Source: Squalus acanthias (Eukaryota). From it: a stretch of 64,000 bases of DNA. Made by a program: the position numbers and the translations under genes. The notes beneath the pieces are model-generated. The model was not told the origin of the DNA and searched no databases. It saw nothing but the letters and a program-made list of their open reading frames with translations. The stretch lies in NCBI GenBank assembly GCA_030390025.1, contig CM059431.1, positions 153,266,001 through 153,330,000 of the forward strand, written 5' to 3'. This document shows, piece after piece, positions 35,217 through 47,274 of the stretch (positions are counted from its first letter, which is position 1; every line of letters starts with the position of its first letter).

Positions 35217-36545
35217 GCATCGGATATACGGCACAGAAACAGGCCATATGGCCCAGCCAGTCCATGCCGGCGTTTAGGCTCCACTCAAGACTCCTTCCGT
35301 CTTTCCTCATCCAACTCTGTCTGCATAACCCTCTGTTCCCTTCTCCCAATATCCTCCCCTTAAATGCATCTATACTATTTGCCTCAACTACTCCATGTGG
35401 TAGCGAGATCCACATTCTCTCCACGCTCTGGGTAAAGAAGTTTCTTCTGAATTCCTTATTTGATTTCTTGGTGACTATCACATATTGATGGCCTCTAGTT
35501 GTGCTCTCCCCCAAAAGTGCAAAAACTCTCTCCTTACCTACTCTATTAAAACCTTTCATAATTTTAAAGATTTCAATTAGGTCACCCCTCAGCCTTCATT
35601 TTTGAAGCGAAAAGAAACCCACCCTGCTCATTCTTTCCTGATCGGTCTACCGTCGCATTTCTGGTATCATCCTTGTAAATCTTCTCAGCACCCATTCCAG
35701 TGCCTCTATATCATCATTATAATATGGCGACCAGAATTGTACGCAGTACTCCAAGAATGGTCTAACCAGGGTTCGATACAAGTTTAGCATAACTTCACTA
35801 CTTTTCAAATCTTTCACTCTAGAATTAAACCCTAGTGCCTGGTTTGCTTTGTTATGGCCTTGTTAACCTGTGTCACTACTTTTAGTGATTTATGTATTTG
35901 TACTCCGATATCCCTTTGCTCCTCCACCCCACCCAGGCTCGCACCCTCCAAGTAATAAGTGAGCTCCCTATTCTTCCTACCAAAATGTAATGCCTCACAT
36001 TTATCTGTGTTGAATTTCATTTGCCAATTATATGCCCATTCTCCAAGTTCCTTAATGTCTTCCTGTAATTTGTTGTAGTCCTCCTCAGTATTAACTATCC
36101 CCGCCAATTTGGTGTTATCCACAAATTTAGAAACTACCCAACTTCTGCCACTGTGAATAGCTACCATTTAGTCCTACACACTGCTGCCTGTCTTGAACCC
36201 AGCTAGCTATCCATCCTGCTACTTGTCCCCTGACTCCTCATACACTGCCCTTATTTATTAGTCTATTATGTGCTCCCTTATCGAAGGCCTTTTAAAATCT
36301 AGATATATTAAATCTACTGCATTACCCTTGTCTATTCTCTCTGTTACCTCTTCAAAAAAGTCAATGAGTTTGGTCAAGCAAGGCTTTCGCTTTTGAAATC
36401 CATACTGACTATTCATTATTATATTTTTGGCTTCTAGATGCTCTTGCATTTTATCCTTTAGTAGGGATTCCATTATTTTACCGACCACCGATGTTAAACT
36501 TACATGTCTATAGTTCGCTGGACATGTTCTATCGCCCTTCTTATT
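35217..36545 (-). mobile_element. Decayed 5'-truncated CR1
   Basis: VGKIMESLLKD...YLDFK, SKFVDNTKL, FFTQSVERMWISLP; 3' UTR at ~35217-35290. Confidence 0.87.
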
Positions 36546-37677
36546 TTCGATGTGGTTTTGCTAATAATATGCCACAAACCAGAAGCCTTTGTGTTGAAGT
36601 CAATAAAAGGGAAAATCCGGTCGAGGCCTATTATTGGAGTCCTATTCAATATTGCTCATTTTACACAATAGCCCAAAGTTAAATCGGATCTCAAAATTTC
36701 GTCCCCACGACGATTACATCACCGGGCCGTTGAATGTTGATGTAAAGCAGAACCCTTACTGCCGTGAACAGGCGACCGTCCCGTGCCTCGATTAATGTAT
36801 GTCATGATGCTGCGCGATGGGAACGATTCGGAATTCTGGCACAATTCACTTGCCCACCATTTTAACTCTCCCCCGCTCGCACTGACACCGCGGGGCCGCC
36901 AGGGATTTAAGTCCACCTCCATAAATGGGCCAATCAACTTCTGCAGGGGAGTAAAATGTAATGTAATGGGTCAGCGGCCCGTTATGCACCCGCACAATTT
37001 TCAATCTCATTGAAATCAATATTGAAGAATAGGTTAGATGGATGCTTGAAGAAAGAAGGGTGAAGAAATATTGAACAGAGGCTGCCCAGCTAGTAAAAAC
37101 CTGGAATTGTAGTAGAAATCTGGAACTGGAGTAGAATTCTAGAATTGGAGTAAATCTGTGGGTCGCTCTCCTAAAAGTTTCTGGATCGCGGGGACAATTG
37201 AAGCTTTCAAGACTGAGATCGATAGATTTTTGGAGGCTAAGAGTATGAAGAGACATGGTGCTTAATCAGATAAGTGAAGTTGAGATTCACATCAGCCATG
37301 ATCTAATTGAATGAGGGAGCAGGCGCGAAGACCTCAATGGCCTCCACCTGTCCTTATGTAATCTTCCAAATAAATGTCAATGATTAGCATTCGGGCTGTA
37401 GAGAGAGAAATCTACGCCAGTGAGTGTGTTTCACAGGTAGTGGAGGTGAATCATAAGTTATTGAGAGCTGCTTAATGGCGGCCAGATTCTTCAGATTTTT
37501 TATTTGTGTTGATTTATTATTACTGAAGCGGCAATGCAGGTGTGACCCTCGGCAGTGCGTGTAGGGGAGCAATCCAACTGTTGAAGCCCTCACGGCCGAT
37601 TCAGATCTGTACTCGGACACGGACAGCTGAGGTTCAATCACCCCAGCTAGTGAAGCCCCCTCTAAGGCTGCCATCTG

Positions 37678-37957
37678 CAGTCCAAAAATGTGCGGGTTAG
37701 GTTGATTTGCCTATGATAAACTGACCCTTAGTGTTAGGGGGGGATTAAATATGTGGGGTTATGGGGATAGGATGGGATATGTTAGGGGGAATTAAATACG
37801 TGGGGTTACGGGGGTAGGGTGGGATATGTGTACTGTGTGGATTAAAGCAGGGACAGGGTACTGGATTTGAATGATCAGCCATGATCGTATTGAATGGTGG
37901 AGCAGGCTCGACGGGCCGAATGGCCTACTCCTGCTCCTAGATTCTATGTTTCTATGT
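37678..37957 (+). mobile_element. 3' part of an HE1/V-SINE-like element ending in a CR1-type tail
   Basis: cagtccaaaaatgtgcgggttaggttgatt...cccttagtg...atgtggggttatggggatagg, then gatcagccatg...ggagcaggctcgacgggccgaatggcctactcctgctcc and ttctatgtttctatg. Confidence 0.65.
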
Positions 37958-39221
37958 TAACTGCCTCTCCCTCTGACAGCAGCAAGTCACCAGACGAGAA
38001 AGTGACCGGATCTGATGCAACGCTGGTTATACATTCGTCCCGATTTTAGTCAATGGACAGTAATATTGGGCGATGTGTAAAACTAGCGTTCCTCCCGATC
38101 CCGTCAGTCTCTCGTCGAGCGAGATAGTTACACATTACCCCCACTTAAAGTCATCTCCCTTTGAAGTTGTCTGGTGTGGTTTGATTTCCCAACGATATTT
38201 CAGGACTGCCCGTGTATATTTGAATATGATATTGATCATAATTTTGTGGCGTTGACACCTATTCAAATGGCAGAAGGAAGTCGGCTGCCAACTGATTTTT
38301 AGGAGCATTTCAGATAGCTCGCTGGGCTTCCGATTCCATCTGATTTTAAAGGTTTTTGAATATACTTTTTTGGTTGAGGTAGCCTAGTGGACTTGAACCA
38401 ACAATATGATAATCGGTATTGGTGGACACCAGATGTCATTGAATGGCCACACAGAACATCTGAAAGGAAAGCAGAACATTGAGCAATCTGACCTTTCTGG
38501 GGTCAAACGTTAAATCAAATTATCTGATCCCCGTTGACATTATAAGGTGGAGGGTGGACCTGTTTTACAATCCAACGTAAGCAGCGTTACTCATTCATAT
38601 GGAAAATACCATCAGAAGATCTGGAATGAGATTCGATCCGAGGTCCCATTTGTCCTCTTAGGTGAAAGTAAAAATCACATGGTACTTTGTGGAGGACCTG
38701 GGGTGCTCTCCTGGTGTCCATACCTACATATATCTCTCAACCAAAATCACTGAAAGCAGATTATCTGATCATTTATCTCTTTGCCGTATGACAACAGTGA
38801 CTACCTTCAAAAAGTACTTGGTTGGCAGTACACCATTTGGTTTGGCCTGAGGTCCTCAATGGCGCACGAAAATAATGCCTCTTTAATTTGTTTCTGTACA
38901 TTTACGGACTGGCACTTAACACCTAACGCATGTGAAAAATATACATAAGTAACTCTTGTTCGATCAAAGTCAGGTGTCTTTTTAGCTTTTATGTTTCAAT
39001 CTGTGAACTAGCTCTATAAAATTTTGTTGTCGATCAGTGGAAACTGAAAACAGCAGATTAGGTGATGGCTGAAATAACAGAGACTAATTGGGGTTATGCA
39101 ACATGTCTGTCCTATTGGAGCATACCATGATGTATATATATATGTGTTATCTTGGAAAGCATCGTGTCAGCACAGCCGTGAGACTCAGTGTACAAACAAA
39201 AATCATCTCGTCGCACGTAAA

Positions 39222-39291
39222 ATGAGATTGCAGACATTTCTATTGGCGAAACGTATTTATTATCCCATCCTCTCAGCCGTCGGTACCCCTG
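39222..39291 (+). CDS. GPR139-like class A GPCR, coding exon 1
   Basis: ATG at 39222 gives MRLQTFLLAKRIYYPILSAVGTP+G, followed by a canonical donor G|GTAAGT (phase 1). YYPIL...G.P matches the TM1 start of GPR139/142-type receptors. Confidence 0.85.
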
Positions 39292-39583
39292 GTAAGTCAA
39301 TATAATATTTGCATTTGCTTTAGAACTTGTCGAACTGTAACCCTGCTGCTTCTGTGATGATGAAACATTTTTACCTGGATGTCTCCATTATCTAAGACTA
39401 GAAATCACTGTTAACAATGATAACCCGCCTATATCAGAATGTTATTTAAGAATACCCCCTCGGAATAACAGCAGCAATTAAATTTGGGGTAGAAAATCAT
39501 TTTTGGGAGGCAACACAAAATGGGCGAGAAAGCATGGGCCGCCTTTTGTAACCGACGCCTCATATTTAGTTCTATTGCAGTCA

Positions 39584-40187
39584 GCCAAACTCAGTATTAG
39601 GCGGAATATTGGCAGAACACCTCCGTTCAGTCCGTGTGCGTGACCCCGAGATTCTGGTCGCCTATCACTTTAATTCTCCACTCCACTCCCACTTTGATCT
39701 CTCCGTCCTCGGGCCTCTTACACTGTTCCAACGAAGCTCAACGTAAGCTCGAGGAACAGCACCTCATCTTTCGATTCGGTACTTTACAGCCTTCTGGACT
39801 CAACATGGAGTTTAACAATTTCAGACTGTACCCTCGGCCCCGATGTTTTCTTCTTTCTCTCACAGGGCAGCTGTTGATGATTCTGCCATTGCCATTTACA
39901 CATCATCTACAATCATCTTTTTTTTCTTAACTTGACCCATTACCATTTCCTTTGCACCATCATCCCTTTTGTTTTTTAAGTTCTCCTGCCTACTATCCTA
40001 TCACAGAACATCCCTTTGTTCTTTCCTCCCCTCCTCCCTTTCCCTGACCCATACTTGCTTAAAAATCTGTCACTTCTCCAACTATCTTCTAGTTCTGACG
40101 AAGGGTCAACAACCTGAAACGTTAACTCTGTTACTCTCTCCGCGATGCTGCCGGACTTGTTGAGTGTTTCCAGCATTTTCTGTTTTT
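39584..40187 (+). mobile_element. Penelope-like retroelement 3' fragment (GIY-YIG C-terminus plus terminal repeat)
   Basis: AEHLRSV-like and GLLHCSNEAQRKLEEQHLIFRFGTLQPSGLNMEFNNFR, followed by ctgacgaagggtc...cctgaaacgttaac...gatgctgcc...ccagcattttctgtttt. GTCA flanks both ends. Confidence 0.8.
40091..40127 (+). ncRNA. Minimal type I hammerhead ribozyme motif (Penelope-associated)
   Basis: AGUU-CUGACGA-A-GGGUC aac AACCU-GAAAC-GUU-AACU: both core boxes, stem I AGUU/AACU, imperfect stem II and palindromic ACGU stem III. Confidence 0.6.
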
Positions 40188-40294
40188 GTCAATGCAACTG
40201 AATATCAGGCGCTGCGAATAACGGGCGGCCGAACCGATACCGCCCGTATTTCGCCAACGCCCGAAACGAATTTCTCAGTCAGAGTTTTTAAAAT

Positions 40295-40643
40295 GTAGTC
40301 TCGGGATATGGGCGTCGCTGGCAAGGCCAGCAGTGAAAGCCCATCGCTGATTGCTCCGAAACAACTGAATGGCTTTGTCGGCCACTTCAGTGGGCCTTTA
40401 AGAGTCAACGACTTTGATGTAAAACTGGAGTCACATATTGGCCAGAACGGGTAAGGACTTCAAGTTTACTCCAATTTCAACAGCTTCATGATCACTTTTA
40501 CTGATACCTTTTATTATTTCCAGATTGAAACTTATTTCAAAATGTCAAACTGCAATGCTGAGATTTGTACTCGCCTTATCTGCATTATCACTCAAAACCC
40601 CTGCAGTGCTAGTTTAGCGACATAACTATTACACCACCATACC
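40295..40643 (-). mobile_element. Decayed tRNA-headed SINE-like repeat
   Basis: Minus strand begins GGTATGGTGGTGTAATAGTTATGTCGCTAAACTAG (A-box-like) with a GAGTACAAATC B-box-like motif; the body resembles a common shark repeat as I recall it. Confidence 0.5.
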
Positions 40644-41087
40644 GAATACTGGCCATAATTAAATTCTTGGTAGCACGATGGTGCTCTCAAAGGCACTTTG
40701 AAATATTTCTTCGGACACTAAGTGAAGCAAGGCTGAAAAGATCAGGCGCTTTCTCTATCACCTCCTATTGTAACGTTATTGAAATTGCTGATGATTACAA
40801 TTTGAGTTATTTCCCAACTATATGATGATGCGGACTAGATTGACCATTTTGTGGAAAATCATGTAGCTTCTCGAAGCACATTGCGGTCCGTTAATTGTCA
40901 TGACCCCAGCAGATAACTTAACTTCGCTGCAGAACTTTGAAAGCGGTGGGAATATTGGGCGTAATTTTAACTTTAACATATAATGAAAGTAAAGGGAGGA
41001 ATAGCAGGCTTGATCACTGGGTACGCGCTCAGTCGTTATTAGTTATGGAACAGACACATCTGAAAGGAGCTGGTTAATACAGGGGCG

Positions 41088-41233
41088 GGGGTATAATTTA
41101 ACTCACGGCCGTGGTGCTAAATGGTCGACATGGGATTAGCCGCCCCTTTTACACTTAGCCCCAATTTCCTTTTACAGTGAAGTAAATGTTACGGAAAATC
41201 GGGCGTGGCGTCGTCCAAAACTAAAATTACCCT
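41088..41233. mobile_element. Degenerate MITE in the GPCR intron
   Basis: Ends ggggtataattt / aaaattaccc; internal gccgccccttttacac and aaaatcgggcg motifs shared with the other MITEs. Confidence 0.45.
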
Positions 41234-41395
41234 CAGGTTCCACAATACCAGTTTAATTCAGCTTGTTTAATGCCTAGATCTCTGTTTTCAAGGAAGGATT
41301 ATGTGATCAAGTTGCAAATTACTGTGATTATTCACCCTGTGTGAGTGAGGCTAATCAATAATTTCTGGATTATTTTCTCTCTCTCATTCTCACAG

Positions 41396-42297
41396 TTACC
41401 CTGCTGGCGATTGTCATCTTATGGAGAGGAAAGTGCGGTCTATCCAAATGCGTCACTCGCTACCTGGTGGCCATGGGAATAGCAGATCTGACCATCGTTA
41501 TCCTTTATGTAATACTGTGGCAGATTAATCGTATTTACTTCTTCTTTACTCCCTTGTTGTACAGTCCGCAGTGCGCCGTCCATTTGGTCTTGTGCTGTAC
41601 GGCCCTGGATTGCTCCGTCTGGTTCACGGTCGCTTTCACCTTTGATCGGTTTGTTTCCATCTGTTGCCATGAGTTCAAAAGGAAATATTGCACCGAGAAA
41701 ATCGCGGCTGCTGTCATTTCGACGTTGTACGTGCTGTTGTGTTTCAAAAATGTTCGGCTTTATTTTTCACATGGTGCTGATTACAGTCAGTGTTTGCCGA
41801 AACAATGTTTTGCTGCTGTAAACAAATGGCAAATATTTGACTGGGTTGACAGTATATTAAACCCATTAATACCCTTCGCGTTGATTCTGTTGCTAAACGC
41901 GGCGACTGTCAGATACATTCTAGTGGCCAGTAGAGGGCGCAAAGGACTCCGCTCTCAAGGCAATGGTGACACGGGCAATGATCCAGAGATGGCAAGGCGA
42001 CGCAAGTCGATGATCCTGCTCTTCGCTATTTCGGCAAATTTTGTACTGCTGTGGGCGCCGCATATCGTGATATTCTTTTCACGGAAACAATACACTTTGG
42101 AGAACTTACTTCTTGTCCTCAAAGAAATTTCTCAGATGCTCCAGCTTTTCAGCTGTTGTACAAACACCTGTATTTATGCGCTGACTCAGACGAAATTCCG
42201 AGAGGAGGTGAGAAATGCGGCGAAATTCGCGTTCACTGCAATTGGTAAATTAAAGAATAAAACTGACCAACGGACTGGGCTGCCTGATCAGAATTAA
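41396..42297 (+). CDS. GPR139-like class A GPCR, coding exon 2 (spliced product 323 aa)
   Basis: Acceptor tttctctctctcattctcacag|TT ACC is phase-compatible with exon 1. Translation (V)TLLAIVILWRGKCGLSKCVTRYLVAMGIADL...SVWFTVAFTFDRFVSIC...IPFALILLLN...LLWAP...CCTNTCIY has seven TM-like segments and no internal stop. Confidence 0.92.
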
Positions 42298-42370
42298 AGC
42301 TCAGATACCAGTCTTAATATGACGGGCGGAATTGTGTTATATCAAATTTAAAACATACGGTGTATTCAAC

Positions 42371-42433
42371 AATAAAGCTTTTTTAAGTTACATCAAAATA
42401 CATAATTTTCTGTCATAAGACTATCGCAATAAA
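42371..42433 (+). terminator. Candidate polyadenylation signals of the GPCR
   Basis: AATAAA at 42371-42376 and 42428-42433, shortly after the stop codon. Confidence 0.6.
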
Positions 42434-42914
42434 GTACTCTCCCAAGTTGCACAAGAAAAGAACATCAGTATTACTGCTAGCATATAAATGGAGCCGCACT
42501 TTATGCATTGGCTCTAACTAGCAGTTTAGTGGTTATCACCGAGTTAAAATTAGAAAGCTGTAGAGTTATGATTAATGCAGAGAAATTTTACAGCAATACA
42601 TCAGGTTCCTTCAGCTGACAATAGCGATACTCTCTAAGCTCAAGAAGCGAAAATGAGTTGGGGGTTCACTGCATGAAGAGTCGTTGTTCTCAGACTCCTC
42701 CCGGATAGAATAGTGTGAAGTTGTGGAAGGACTCGCCGGCTGATACAACATGACGTGAGCGCTCTTTCCATGACCCTAAATGTCTTTATGCCAGTCGATA
42801 GGGATGCTCAGTCCTATGCTGTGGGTGCATTGTGAAGGCCTCCGCAACAACATAGAATGAATGGGGTGGGGGGCTTATTCCCATCCAGACGTGAGTATCG
42901 AACTGGTTGACAAT

Positions 42915-43270
42915 CACTGACTCTGTGTATTGTGGGTACGGTGTCTCTCTCACTGGACATTGTGTTTGCATGGTCACTGAACCTGGACATTGTGGATACA
43001 GTGTCACTGACCCTGGGCATTGGGGTACAGGTTCACTGACTCTGGGCATTGTGGGTTAGGTCACTGACCCTGTGCATTGTGGGCACAGGTATAAAGGTGA
43101 CTCTGTGTATAAAGTGGGAGTACACTCTCGGGGCAAAATAGTACGAGTTTTGTATTGTAACTGCCCTGGGAGTTTTCAACGCGGACATTGGGTAAAAATG
43201 TTCACGGAACCTGGGCATTGAGGGTAAGGCCATTGACCCTTGGCATTGTGGGTGATGTTTCACTGACACA
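42915..43270. repeat. Degenerate ~30-bp minisatellite
   Basis: Recurring cactgaccctgggcattgtgggtacaggt-like units. Confidence 0.8.
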
Positions 43271-43539
43271 GGGCTGCAGACTGGGCCCACAATTTATTGT
43301 GCTTAAGTTCCATAGGGTGATTATAGCCTCCTGTAGGTGTTTGATTTTAAAAGGAGTTTGAGCTCTGAATCTTCCTCTTTCCACACCCTGCTGTGAAGTT
43401 CCCAGCAAAGTGGGCCCAGGAATACCTGGAACAGACTGCAGAGAAACTGTGGCTGGGGGAACCCGAGCTGGAGCTGGGTCAGGAGCAGATATGGTAGGGA
43501 GCGGGGATAGGGAGGGAGTAACTGTGGTAATCTGAGGGT

Positions 43540-46500
43540 AATGTGCAGGGAGCTCTGTATTTTACCTGCCCTGGGAGCCCTCCATGCTGACCCTTTGTAT
43601 AAAGGACAGAAAAAATGGAAAAGGTGGGGTGGGTTGTTCTGATAATAAAGGATGGTATAAGGACAGTATTGAGGAAGGAGCTTGGCTCGGAAGAGCAGGA
43701 AGTAGAATCAATATCGCTGGAGAAATGAAATAACAAGGGGCAGAAAACACAACTGGGCGTATTAGCTATTCTGTATTAATCAAGAAATAAGAGGACCTTG
43801 TAACAACGGTAATCAAATAATTTTGAGGTTCTTTAATCTTCATATAGACTGGACAAATCAAATTGGCAAATGTAGTTTGGTGGACGCGTTCTGGAATGCA
43901 TTCAAGGCAGTTTCCAAGAACAAGTCTTCATAGAAGCAGACAGGGAAGAGTCTATCTTAGATTTTGTCTCGTGTACTGAGACAGGGTTAAGTAGTAATCT
44001 CACAGTCAGTGACCTTATGGGGAAGACTGATCATAATATGTGAGAATTTCACATTGAGTTCGAGAGTGATGCACTTAATTCCGAAAATTGAGTATTAAAC
44101 TTAAATAGAGCTAGTTACATAGCTATTCACAATATATATTAATGATCTAGACGAGGGATTTGGATGTAATATCTCCAACTTTGCAGACGACACAAAGCTG
44201 TGTGGGAGTGTGTGCCGTGAGGAGGATGCCGATAAACTCCAGTATGATTTGGACAGGTTGGGTGATTGGGCAGAAGCATGGCAGACGCAATATAATGTGG
44301 ATAAATGCGAGGTTATCCACTTTGGTGTCAAAAACAGGAAGTGAGATTATTATCTGAATGGCAATAGATTGGGAGAAGGGGAAGTGCAACGAGACCTGGG
44401 TGTCCTTGTGCACCAGTCGCTGAAGGTAAGCATGCAGGTGCAGCAGGCGGTTAAGAAGGCAAATGGTATGTTGGCCTCGTAATGAAAGGGTTCGAGTACA
44501 GGAGCAAGGATGTCTTGCTGCAGTTGTACAGGGCCTTGCTGAGACCACATCTTGAGTATTGTGTGCAGTTTTGGTCGCCTTATCTGAGGAAGGATGTTCT
44601 TGCCATGGAGGGAGTGCAGCGAAGATTCACCAGGCTATTACATGGGTTGGAAGGAATGACGTATGAGGAGAGATTGGGTCGATTGGGCTTATACTCGCTG
44701 GAGCTTAGAAGAATGAGAGGGGATCTCATTGAAACTTATAAAATTCTAACAGGACTAGACAGACTAGATGCAGGAAGAATGTTCCCGAGGTCCGGGGAGT
44801 CCAGAACCAGGGGTCACAGTCTAAGGATAAGGGGTAAGCCATTTAGGACTGAGATGAGGAGGAATTTCTTCACCAAGAGAGTGGTGAACCTGTGGAATTC
44901 TCTACCACAGAAGGCAGTAGAGGCCAATTCATTAAATATATTCAAGAAGGAGTTAGATATATTTCTTAAAGCTAAAGGGATCAAGGGATATGGGGAGAAA
45001 GCAGGGAGAGGGTACTGAATTTGGATGATCAGCCATGATCTCATTGAATGATGGAGCAGGCTCGATGGGCTGAATGGCCTGCTCCTGCTCCTATCTTCTA
45101 TGTTTCTATGTTTCTATGTATGAGGAGCGAGTTGGCTAAGCTAGATTTGTAAATTAGATGAAAATGTATGATGGTAGATAAGCAATCATTAAAATTTAAC
45201 GAAATATTTCTTAATTCTGAAAGCTTATACATTCCATTGCAAAATAAAAACTCCACTGGAAAAGTGATCTATCCGTGGCTAACTCAAATGGTTAAGGATA
45301 GTATTATATTGAAAGAAGAGGCTTTTAATTTTGTCCAGAAAAGTAGTAAGCCTGAGGATTGGTAGAGTTTTGGAAACCAGCAAATGATGACCAAAAATTG
45401 ATGAAGAGGGCGAAAATAGAACATGAGAGTAAATTAGCAAGAAATATAAAAACAGATTTTAAGAGCTTCTACAAGCATGTCAAAAGTGAGAGAGTATCAA
45501 ACGTGGGAACTTTAGAGGCTGAGACACGAGAAATATAATGGGAAATAAGGAAATAGCAGAGATGTTAAACAAATATTTTGTATCTACCTTCACAGTAGAA
45601 GATACAAAAACATACCAGAAATAGTGCAGAGCCACGGGTCTAATGAGAGTGAGGAACTTAATGTAGCTAATATTTGTACAGAAAAAGTAATGGAGAAATT
45701 AATGGGACTAAATGCCGATATGTCCCCTGGACCTGATGGCCTACATGCTAGTGTTCCGAAGGAGGTGGCTGCAGAGATAGTGGATACATTGGTTCTGATC
45801 TTCCAAAGTTCCCTTGATTCTGGAATGGTCGCAGTAGATTCGAAGGTAGCAAATGTAACCCCACTATTCAAGTAGGAGGGACACAGAAAACAGCGAACTG
45901 CAGGCCAGTTAACCTGACATCAGTCGTCGGGAAAATGCTGGAATCCAAAATTAAGGAAGTGGTAACAGGTCACTTAGAAAATGATAACATAATTAGGCAG
46001 AGTCAATATGGTTTTATGCAAGGGATATCCTATTAGATAAATTTATTTGAGATTGTTGAGGATCTAACTCGCAGGGTTGATAAAGTGGAACCAGTGGAGG
46101 TTGTATATTTGGATTTCCAAAAGGCATTCGAGAACGTGCCGTGTTAAAGGTTGCTATGCAAAATAAGGGATAATGGGATTGGGGGTAACATATTAGCATG
46201 GATAGAGGATTGGTTAACGGACAGAGAGTAGGTATAAATGGGTCATTTTGCTGTGGGCAGGCTGTAACTAGGGGTGGGGGGGGTGGGTGCTGCAAGGATC
46301 ACTGCTTGGGCCTCAGCTATTTACAATCTATATTAAGAGACAGTGTACAATGTATCCAAGTTTGCTGACGCTCCAAAGCTAGGTGGGAAAGTAAGCTGCG
46401 AGGAGGACGCAAAGAGCCTGCAAAGGGTTATAGACAGGTTAAGTGAGTGGGCAATAAGTTTGCAGATGGAGTTTAATGTGAGGAAATGTGAGGTTATTCA

Positions 46501-47265
46501 CTTTGGTAGGAAGAATAGAAAACTGAATATATGTTGGTGTTCTGAGAGACTTAGTTGTCCACATACAGGAAGCACAGAAATTTAGCATGCAGGTGCAGCA
46601 AGTAATTGGGAAGGCAAATGGCGTGCTGGCCTTTATTGAAAGGGGTTTGGAGTACAAGTGTAAGGCTGTCTTACTACAATTGTACAGGGCCTTGATGAGA
46701 CTACACCTGGAGTACTGTGCACAGTTTTGGTCTCCTAATTTGAAAATGGGCATACATGCCTTAGAGGTGGTGCAACGAAGGTTCAGTGGATTGTTCCCTG
46801 TGATTAGAGGGATCTCCGATAAGGAGGGATTGAGTAGATTGAGCCTATACTCTATGGACTTTAGAAAAATGCGAGGTGATCTAATTGAAAAAGATAAGAT
46901 TATGTGGGGGATTGACAGAGTAGATGCTGAGAGGTTGTTTCCCCTGGCTGGAGAGTCAAGAACTAGGGGGCATTGTCGCAGCAAATGTGATCGGCCATTG
47001 AAGACTGAGATGAGGAGGAATTTCTTCAGTCAGAGGGTTGTGAATCTTTGGAATTCTCCACCCAAAGGGCTGTGGATGTTGAGTCGTTGAATATATTCAA
47101 GGCTGAGAAAGATAGATTTTTGGACTCTAGGTGAATCAAGGGAAAAGGGGATCGGGCGGGAAAATGGAGTTGAGTTCGAAGATCAGCCATTAACTAATTT
47201 GAATGGTGGAGCAGGCTCGAAGGACCGTATGGCCTACTGCTGCTCCTAATCCTTATGGTCTTTTG
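43540..47265 (+). mobile_element. Old CR1 (EN, RT, 3' UTR) interrupted by a younger CR1 at ~44121-45119
   Basis: The host EN breaks at aacttaaatagagctagttacat and resumes tatgaggagcgagttggctaag. The insert runs from [10 protein letters not shown] to GYGEKAGRGY and a (TTTCTATG)n tail. Confidence 0.87.
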
Positions 47266-47274
47266 TTTAATCCC

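Larger units (their letters stand above)
39486..40280. mobile_element. Palindromic MITE (same family as 11126-11280) split by a Penelope fragment
   Basis: Left arm 39486-39583. Right arm 40188-40280 is nearly identical to 11198-11280 (actgaatatcaggcgctgcg...ccgataccgcccg...gaatttct). Confidence 0.72.
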
